This document shows, in pieces, positions 20,416-27,719 of a stretch of DNA of 64,000 nt. Position numbers and translations under genes: made by a program. This DNA comes from a bacterium (GTDB lineage Bacteria > Patescibacteriota > Minisyncoccia > Phycocordibacterales > UBA1006). The notes under the pieces were generated by a model. The model saw nothing but the letters and a program-made list of their open reading frames with translations. It had not been told where the DNA came from and did not search any database. Position 1 is the stretch's first letter; every line of letters begins with the position of its first letter. The stretch is taken from assembly GCA_030433255.1 (NCBI GenBank), contig JAUIMI010000002.1:65177-129176 (forward strand), in the 5' to 3' direction.

Positions 20416-21348
20416 TTAGTTGTTTCGCATAGCTAACCTTTGTTGGTAGGTGTATCCTATTGGAGCACCACCACGATTAGTTACTAAAGCTGTTCTGTTT
20501 CCATTATTATTGTGTCCACCAACATTACCACCGTTTGGATTGTGATCAACATTCCCACCAGTATTAGTTGGTGCTGTTTGACCATTGTTATCAATAACTC
20601 GATTATTTACATAACGTACTTGAGGTTTTTGACTTACCTTTATTGCAGTATACGTATTCAAACCTAAGTTAAGAATATCAAGTCCATCGCGTAATAATTT
20701 ATTAGCTCTATGGATTGTCATATCAGCAGGAATACATGGGTATTTTTGCTTCAATTGCTCTAACTCTCTATTAGCTCGATTATTACCGTAGAATTCTAAA
20801 ACCCCAGCAGTATTATAACGAGTAATAAGTTGTTGAAGCTCCATATTTGCTTGTGTCATACATGCTAAATCAATATTATCTTGCATTAAGATTTTTTGAT
20901 TTTGCTCAATACGATCAAGTTTTTCACATGAATTACATGAGTCTGGTTTTTCAACAACAACCTTTTTTTCAACAACAACAGTTTTTGGAGATTTTATCTC
21001 TTCAATTTTATTCCCACATTGAGCAAGATATTGTTGAGATTTTCCAATATAATTCCAAACTTTTCCGTTTGGTATCTTTATGTAGTTTCTATTATGGTTT
21101 GCATAATATCCTTCTTCAAAAAGAACAAACTGTTGTTCATTTAAAACCTCAACTTCAAAAGTATATACTTTTGAATCAATTGTTGCTTTATATGAACCAG
21201 AGTTATTGATATTGTTATGAATGTATTTCGAGATAGTTCCCTCAACACCATCATTCCAATGAGCTCCAGTTACTGGACGACCAATTCCATTTTGAGCTTT
21301 TACGCTTAATGAAATAAACAAAAACGTTAACATAATTAAATTTTTCAT
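20416..21348 (-). CDS. secreted protein with a Gly/Asn-rich C-terminal VDHNPN tail
   Basis: Signal peptide; C-terminus TNTGGNVDHNPNGGNVGGHNNNGNRTALVTNRGG... Confidence 0.45.
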   Translation of the reverse strand: MKNLIMLTFLFISLSVKAQNGIGRPVTGAHWNDGVEGTISKYIHNNINNSGSYKATIDSKVYTFEVEVLNEQQFVLFEEGYYANHNRNYIKIPNGKVWNYIGKSQQYLAQCGNKIEEIKSPKTVVVEKKVVVEKPDSCNSCEKLDRIEQNQKILMQDNIDLACMTQANMELQQLITRYNTAGVLEFYGNNRANRELEQLKQKYPCIPADMTIHRANKLLRDGLDILNLGLNTYTAIKVSQKPQVRYVNNRVIDNNGQTAPTNTGGNVDHNPNGGNVGGHNNNGNRTALVTNRGGAPIGYTYQQRLAMRNN

Positions 21349-21508
21349 AATTTATAGTTTTAATGGTTATATTTAATTTTTATTAGAGACTTGCTCTTGT
21401 GTACAGATAAATTATTACCTTCACACAAGAGCAAGTTCCAACGTTTTTAACCATTAAAACAAAAAATTTAATTAATTTATTAAATTTCAAAGGAACTTGC
21501 TTATTATT

Positions 21509-21540
21509 AATTTATCATAAATAATATATTTTGTCAAGTA
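21509..21540 (-). promoter_or_regulatory. sigma70-like promoter with about a 150-nt structured leader
   Basis: Minus strand: ACTTGACAA, a 17-nt spacer, TAAATT. The leader contains a 13-bp-stem hairpin at 21395-21445. Confidence 0.4.
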
Positions 21541-21588
21541 TAAATACCCCTACGTATATTACGTAGGGGTATTGATAGTAATGTAATT

Positions 21589-22434
21589 TTACTGTTCTCC
21601 GATTTTTTTAGAGTTTGGTACGATGACTTTTTTGTCACGTGCATCAACAAACTTCATTAAATGGAATCGTTCTAAATATACCTTGGATTGTTTCTCAGAA
21701 ATAAACCAAAAATTCCCTGAGTAATCTTCGAGCACAAAATAGTTTGTACCATTATGTACAAAACATATTTTATATGACTCTTCTTTATTTTTTGGCCTAA
21801 ACACAACAAAACCTTTTGGGACAATGTCCCCTTGTTGGTATGTTTTAACATCGAAAAAATATCGATTCTCAGTGGAGGAAAAAGAATTTCTTTTACCAGA
21901 AGAACGTGTTCGTAATCCATAAGAAGGTGTTGTTCTATTTTGAGAGTATGAGGAAATCTTTTTCTTTCTCACCATAGGAAATATAGCTGGAAGACTATCT
22001 GTTCCAAAATTCACCCAGTATCGTTCTGCATATCCAGAGACGCTATCTATTTCTTCAACAGCAACAACAGGAGCAAGAAACTCTCGGGTGAGAGCTGTTC
22101 TGTTTTTTAAAACAACAATCTCTCCCTTTTTTGAACCAGAGGTATATCGTACTGGCTCTGTTTTCGGTATATGTAATTCTATACCGGAGAGCTTATCTAC
22201 CATGAGTACAGAACCATTGTCGGTTTGTTGAATATTTTCTGCGTTGGGATCCTGAAAAGCAGTAAATCCTTGTGAAACACTTGTGTATGCTGATTGCATA
22301 GTTTCTGGATTAATACCTTGTGCTTTAATATTTTCTGCTGTGAAATCTTGATTTGTTTGCGTAGGCATATTAAATGTAGATTTACACGAAGAAAGCATTA
22401 TCATTCCTAAAAGGAAAATACCTATTTTTTTCAT
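21589..22434 (-). CDS. lipoprotein, hypothetical (281 aa)
   Basis: Signal peptide with lipobox LSSC. Confidence 0.45.
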   Translation of the reverse strand: MKKIGIFLLGMIMLSSCKSTFNMPTQTNQDFTAENIKAQGINPETMQSAYTSVSQGFTAFQDPNAENIQQTDNGSVLMVDKLSGIELHIPKTEPVRYTSGSKKGEIVVLKNRTALTREFLAPVVAVEEIDSVSGYAERYWVNFGTDSLPAIFPMVRKKKISSYSQNRTTPSYGLRTRSSGKRNSFSSTENRYFFDVKTYQQGDIVPKGFVVFRPKNKEESYKICFVHNGTNYFVLEDYSGNFWFISEKQSKVYLERFHLMKFVDARDKKVIVPNSKKIGEQ

Positions 22435-22560
22435 TTTTTAAAGTTTTATTGTATCGGTACCTGTCGGTACAACAGATACAGAATTATACAATATATTATT
22501 TTGTATTGAATATAACAGAAAATTAGATATTGTCAATAATATCTATGTACAAAAAAACAC

Positions 22561-24690
22561 CTACATTTGAGCTGGTGTATGATGATTTTCTATTTCCTCA
22601 CGAACACGTCGTAGTTTTTGAGACATATCAATATGAGGGTTTTGTTTTTGATGTTCATATAATTCTGACAAATCGTCACTAAAACGTTTAAAGGTTTTAT
22701 GGGTTTCAGCAAAATCTTCTGAAGCATCAAACATATCTTCGGCTTGTGTATGTTTTAACAAATCAAGAATGGTTGTTTGAACCAGTTTAATATTATGACG
22801 AATATCTTTCTCTGGGTTTAGTGTTTGTTCATCTTCAAGTTTACGTAAGTAATCAATTAAGAGTGAAATTTCAACACTTTTTGTATTAAATAAGGCTTGA
22901 GGATTCATTGACTGAGTATTAATGATTGGTGTTGTATCAAACGTTTCATTGTTATGAGAGGTATCATCCGCGTCTGTTTTTGTAATATTTTTAATATACA
23001 AATCAACCACTTTTTTAACTTCTTCTAAGCTTGTTGATCCGTTTAAGATTTTAATAACCCCATCTTCTCGCATATTTAATAAGCCTTGTTTTTCTGCAAC
23101 ACGGCGAACTTCTTGCTCTGATGGTTCCTTACCAAGAAGCTCTTCAATAAGCTCATCAGTAATGATTGCTTCAAATAACCCAATTCGACCCTTGTACCCT
23201 GTTCCATTACATACATCACAACCACGACCTCTGGTAAGCATAATTTCTTGGTCTACTGCAATATTGTATTCATGAATTGGTTTTCCGTTTTTAACTGCCT
23301 CTTTTAAAATATCACGTAACAGTTCTTCTTCCTCTGGTGTTGGTGATTCTTGATATTTACAATTTTGACAAACCTTTCTCACTAAACGTTGTGCCAATGA
23401 TACCGATAGTGCGGCGGCAAGAATTTGTGGAGAAACTCCTAAATCAATTAGACGTGGAATAACCCCAGCAGCACTGTTCGTATGTAATGTTGAAAGTACC
23501 AAGTGCCCCGTCAGTGAGGCATTAACAGCAATTGAAGCTGTTTCCCCATCACGAATCTCTCCAACCATAACAATATCTGGATCCTGACGTAGTGCTGCAC
23601 GAAGACCAGAGAGAAAATCATATCCCTTACTACGATTTACCTGCGTCTGACTAATACCTTCTAGGTGGTATTCAATAGGGTCTTCAATGGTAAGGATTTT
23701 AACTTCTGGGTTATAGACCTTATTCATAAATGAATACAGTGTTGTTGTCTTACCAGAACCTGTTGGTCCTGTGGTTAAAATCATCCCGTTTGGTTTATCA
23801 ATTTCTTTTAGTAAAATTTCAAATAACCGTGGTTCAATACCAAGATTTTCTAATCCAACCTTAATACCATCAGGATTCAAAATACGCATTACGAACGATT
23901 CTCCATAGGCACTTGGGATAACAGAAACACGCACTTCAATTTCTTTACCATCATAATCAATAGTAAAACGACCATCTTGAGCGTTTTTCGTTTGGGTAAT
24001 TTTCATCTCTGAAAGAAGCTTAATCCGAGAAAGAAGCTTTCGGTACGATTCGTGATCAAAAACGCTAATATCTTGTAGTACACCATCTTGTCTAAAACGC
24101 AAACGAACCTGTTCATCTTGGGCTTCAATATGAATATCTGAAGATTTTGTTGCAATAGCTCCACCAAAAATAATCTCCATGATGCGAGTTGTTTGTTTTG
24201 CACCACCTGCGGTAAACACTTTTTCTAGTTCTCCTGAAATATCTTTATTTGTTTTAATGTTTTGGGCGATTTTTTCCAACTCTTCTGCGGAAATATCTAA
24301 CATTCCACCTTGAGTCATAATTGCATGTGAAATGTCTGCATATCTATCCCAAGCTTTTTCAAGACTTCTTTGGGAAACCATATGAACACCAAGAGTGTAT
24401 TTTTCTGAAAGAGTTTCTAGAACCTTCTTTGTTTCAGGGAGATTGGGTGATTTTACTCCAAGATATAAATCCTTTCCTACAATTTTAAAAGGAGCAATAC
24501 GTGAATTACGTGCTTGATCTTCAGGAAGAGTTGCTAGCGCATCAGTTTCAATATTGGTACCAGATAAATCTATATACGGAAGATTAAATTTCTGAGCAAT
24601 ACGCTCTACAAAAGACTCTTCTTCTTTGTTTTTGATTTCTGTAATTTTTTTAGCTTGATTCGTATTATCAAAATTAACCATAGTACCCAT
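22561..24690 (-). CDS. pilB: type IV pilus assembly ATPase PilB (GspE/PilB family) with about a 150-aa C-terminal extension
   Basis: GspII_E N-domain; Walker A LTTGPTGSGKTTTLYS; Asp box ILTIEDPIEY; VGEIRD; tetracysteine CQNC...CDVC. Confidence 0.85.
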   Translation of the reverse strand: MGTMVNFDNTNQAKKITEIKNKEEESFVERIAQKFNLPYIDLSGTNIETDALATLPEDQARNSRIAPFKIVGKDLYLGVKSPNLPETKKVLETLSEKYTLGVHMVSQRSLEKAWDRYADISHAIMTQGGMLDISAEELEKIAQNIKTNKDISGELEKVFTAGGAKQTTRIMEIIFGGAIATKSSDIHIEAQDEQVRLRFRQDGVLQDISVFDHESYRKLLSRIKLLSEMKITQTKNAQDGRFTIDYDGKEIEVRVSVIPSAYGESFVMRILNPDGIKVGLENLGIEPRLFEILLKEIDKPNGMILTTGPTGSGKTTTLYSFMNKVYNPEVKILTIEDPIEYHLEGISQTQVNRSKGYDFLSGLRAALRQDPDIVMVGEIRDGETASIAVNASLTGHLVLSTLHTNSAAGVIPRLIDLGVSPQILAAALSVSLAQRLVRKVCQNCKYQESPTPEEEELLRDILKEAVKNGKPIHEYNIAVDQEIMLTRGRGCDVCNGTGYKGRIGLFEAIITDELIEELLGKEPSEQEVRRVAEKQGLLNMREDGVIKILNGSTSLEEVKKVVDLYIKNITKTDADDTSHNNETFDTTPIINTQSMNPQALFNTKSVEISLLIDYLRKLEDEQTLNPEKDIRHNIKLVQTTILDLLKHTQAEDMFDASEDFAETHKTFKRFSDDLSELYEHQKQNPHIDMSQKLRRVREEIENHHTPAQM

Positions 24691-24954
24691 AGTATACTAT
24701 ATATAGGTAGGAAATTATATGCATAAAAAATCACTCGTTATATAATAACGAGTGATTTTTTATTAAGTCCATAAAACTCTAAATACCCAGAAAAAAACTT
24801 TAAAATAAAGGATGACTAGACTTCAACGAGATAATCAGTGTGGTCACTACCAGGGTGAGCACCAATCATTCCTATCCGCAGAGCCAAATTCGCGAGATCT
24901 GATTATTTAGAGATTTATAAACTCAATAATGTTAATGTACGACTTAACTGTTTA

Positions 24955-24986
24955 TAATATTATCATAATGAAAATATTTGTCAAGT
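24955..24986 (-). promoter_or_regulatory. sigma70-like promoter for pilB, with about a 260-nt leader
   Basis: Minus strand: ACTTGACAA, a 16-nt spacer, TAATAT. Confidence 0.4.
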
Positions 24987-25171
24987 TATTTACTTACCTG
25001 CAAAACAAGTTAGTGCTATAAATATAACACAGTCAGATAAACTGACCAGCAGCGGCTGTGTATAATATGTGAATAAGTGTTTTTTGTCAACACAGCCTAT
25101 ACAAAATAACATAAATACAATTATTCTGTCAATAAACCAAATATATTTTTTAAAATGATATAATAGGAATC

Positions 25172-26155
25172 ATGTCAGATATACCAACAACACAACTCCT
25201 TGATCCACAATTGCGGCCCAATTCTTGGGATGAATACATTGGACAACAAGCAATAAAAGACAACCTCCATATTCTATTAACAGCTGCCGCTGGCCGAAAA
25301 CAACAACCTGAACATATTTTATTCTATGGACCACCTGGGTTAGGAAAAACAACCCTCTCCCACCTTATTGCAAAAGAAATGAATACCGAAATTAAAATAA
25401 CCTCAGGACCAGCTATAGAAAAAGTAGGTGATCTTGCGAGTATTCTTACTAACCTTAGTTCTGGTGATATCTTATTTATTGATGAAATTCATCGATTAAA
25501 TACAAATATTGAAGAGGTTCTCTACCCTGCTATGGAATCCGGAGTATTAGATATTATTATTGGTAAGGGTCCATCAGCACGAACTATTCAATTAGACCTA
25601 CCACCATTTACATTAATTGCGGCGACAACTAAAATTGCGAGTTTATCAGCACCATTACGTTCTCGTTTTTCTGGTGGAGTGTTTAAACTAGAATTTTATA
25701 GTAACATAGAGATGGAAAAAATTATTTACCAATCTGCTGGTAAATTAGGTATTGAAATAACCGACGGTGGAGTACATGCGATTGCATCTCGTAGTCGTTC
25801 AACACCACGAACCGCAAACTATTTTCTAAAACGTGTTCGCGATTACGCAGAGGTTCACAACCAAAAAATAAATGAAGAAACAGTATTAGCTGCACTACAT
25901 ATGATTGGTGTTGATGAACTTGGTCTTCGTCAAACCGATCGTGATGTACTATTAACTATTATTGATAAATTTAACGGTGGGCCTGTTGGGGTAAAAACAA
26001 TAGCAACCGCAACACACGAAGAAACTGATTCCATCGAAAATGTTATAGAACCATACCTTATTCAAAAAGGATTATTGGAGCTAACACCACGCGGACGAAT
26101 CGCAACAAAAGAAGCCTACAACCATTTTGGAAAGGAGTTTGTTGAGAAAAAATAA
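25172..26155 (+). CDS. ruvB: Holliday junction ATP-dependent DNA helicase RuvB
   Basis: Walker A GPPGLGKTTLSHLIA, Walker B ILFIDEIHRL, RuvB C-terminal winged-helix domain; 327 aa. Confidence 0.9.
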   Translation: MSDIPTTQLLDPQLRPNSWDEYIGQQAIKDNLHILLTAAAGRKQQPEHILFYGPPGLGKTTLSHLIAKEMNTEIKITSGPAIEKVGDLASILTNLSSGDILFIDEIHRLNTNIEEVLYPAMESGVLDIIIGKGPSARTIQLDLPPFTLIAATTKIASLSAPLRSRFSGGVFKLEFYSNIEMEKIIYQSAGKLGIEITDGGVHAIASRSRSTPRTANYFLKRVRDYAEVHNQKINEETVLAALHMIGVDELGLRQTDRDVLLTIIDKFNGGPVGVKTIATATHEETDSIENVIEPYLIQKGLLELTPRGRIATKEAYNHFGKEFVEKK

Positions 26156-26185
26156 ACCACTATTATAAATAGTGGTTTTGTGTTT

Positions 26186-27064
26186 TTAAATTGCTTCTAA
26201 ACATCTTTGTTTATCTAAATCAGTGATAGAGATTTCCATTGAATTACTTACAAGATAAACTTCTAATTGATGAAGAGCACTTCTTTGTCCTTTTAAACTA
26301 AGAAATGTAATAGCCTCTGAAATAACTTTTTTTGAGGCTCCTAAGTAAATAGAATGTAGTATTTTTTTTACTTCTTTACTGGTAATAAAATACATAACCA
26401 TAGAATCAATTCTTTCTTTACTTGGTTTAATATTAAATTTCTCTAATTTATTTTTTTTATCAAAATAATGCTTATAAAAATAAAAAAATAATTTATCAAT
26501 ACTTTTTTGAGATAAATAATTAGATTTTTCTTTTAATATAGGTAGTAAATTATCTAATAAATAGTTAGGTTCATTTTTTAATAGGGATGTAATAACTACA
26601 TCCATGGTTTCATGGTTTTCTATTAGAAACGAGAGTTTTTTTAAATCATATTTTGATTTATTTTTAAGAAAATCTATACTATTTATTTTTATATTTTTTG
26701 CACCATTTTTATAAAGAAAACCCGCGGCTTCATAAGCTGAATTTTTTAAAGTTTTTTCTAGTTGTAAATTCAAAACATTCTTGCTTATATTAAATACAGG
26801 AAAAACTTTTTTTAAACCAGTGGTGAAACAAGAGTAATCAATATTGTTAAACACAAAGTTTTCAAATAAATCACCTTTTTCCTTTTGAGAAAGTTTATAA
26901 TTATATTTTTTTAAACACTCTTCAAGTTTATAATAATCACCTTTTTCAACAGATGATTTAATTAAAAGTTCATAAATCATTTTTTTTCGTTCTTTGGAAA
27001 AAGTAAAAAATAAAGTTATTTCTAGTCCAAAAATAGTACGTAAAAATTTATTCCATTTTTTCAT
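26186..27064 (-). CDS. hypothetical Lys-rich protein, extremely AT-rich ORF
   Basis: 292-aa ORF. Its composition is markedly more AT- and Lys-rich than its neighbours. Confidence 0.35.
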   Translation of the reverse strand: MKKWNKFLRTIFGLEITLFFTFSKERKKMIYELLIKSSVEKGDYYKLEECLKKYNYKLSQKEKGDLFENFVFNNIDYSCFTTGLKKVFPVFNISKNVLNLQLEKTLKNSAYEAAGFLYKNGAKNIKINSIDFLKNKSKYDLKKLSFLIENHETMDVVITSLLKNEPNYLLDNLLPILKEKSNYLSQKSIDKLFFYFYKHYFDKKNKLEKFNIKPSKERIDSMVMYFITSKEVKKILHSIYLGASKKVISEAITFLSLKGQRSALHQLEVYLVSNSMEISITDLDKQRCLEAI

Positions 27065-27162
27065 TATTATTTTTTTTAAGTTAATTTAAATTAATTAAAT
27101 CATAAATAATTATTTTTACAATATCTTGCACTTAGAAACATTCCCTATTACACTATTTTCAT

Positions 27163-27690
27163 ATGGCAGGACATAACAAATGGTCAAAAATTAAACATAA
27201 AAAAGCAGCAACCGACGCAAAGAAATCAAAAATATTTGGAAAACTCGTTCGTCTTATCCAAGTTGAAGCAAAAAAATCTAACGGAGATGTGAATGCTCCA
27301 GGGTTAGCAGCAGCAATAGCAAAGGCAAACAAGGAAAACATGCCAAAAGATAATATTGAACGAGCTATTAAAAAAGCATCTGAAGCTGGAGACACTACAC
27401 CGGTACTCTATGAAGCTTATGGTCCAGGTGGTGTTGGAATTATTATTACTGGATTAACTGATAACAATAACAGAATGAGTGCGGAAATTAAACACACCCT
27501 ATCTAAACTAAATGGTTCACTTGGAACATCTGGTTCGGTATCATGGAATTTTACCCAAGATGAAAATCGAGATTGGGTTCCAAATACTACCTTAGAAATT
27601 GATGAAGATACTGGAACTAAATTAGAAAATCTTATCGAAGCATTAGAGGAAAATGATGATGTCCAAGATGTTTATCATAACGCAGAATAA
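27163..27690 (+). CDS. yebC: YebC/PmpR-family protein, unusually short (175 aa)
   Basis: N-terminal MAGHNKWSKIKHKKAATDAKKSKIFGKL and C-terminal ENDDVQDVYHNAE match YebC ends. It is about 70 aa shorter than typical. Confidence 0.7.
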   Translation: MAGHNKWSKIKHKKAATDAKKSKIFGKLVRLIQVEAKKSNGDVNAPGLAAAIAKANKENMPKDNIERAIKKASEAGDTTPVLYEAYGPGGVGIIITGLTDNNNRMSAEIKHTLSKLNGSLGTSGSVSWNFTQDENRDWVPNTTLEIDEDTGTKLENLIEALEENDDVQDVYHNAE

Positions 27691-27716
27691 AAAACACCTA
27701 TGTAGGTGTTTTTTAT
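27688..27716. terminator. intrinsic terminator
   Basis: A-run, ACACCTA..TAGGTGT, T-run. Confidence 0.45.
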
Positions 27717-27719
27717 TCT

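Noticed and set aside
24795-24905. Assignment of the GC-rich pilB-leader island to SRP RNA, tmRNA, RNase P RNA or a c-di-GMP riboswitch
   Set aside because: Only partial resemblance (ACCAGGGUGAG vs the SRP ACCAGGUCAGG), and it lacks the other conserved blocks. It is left as an unclassified candidate ncRNA.
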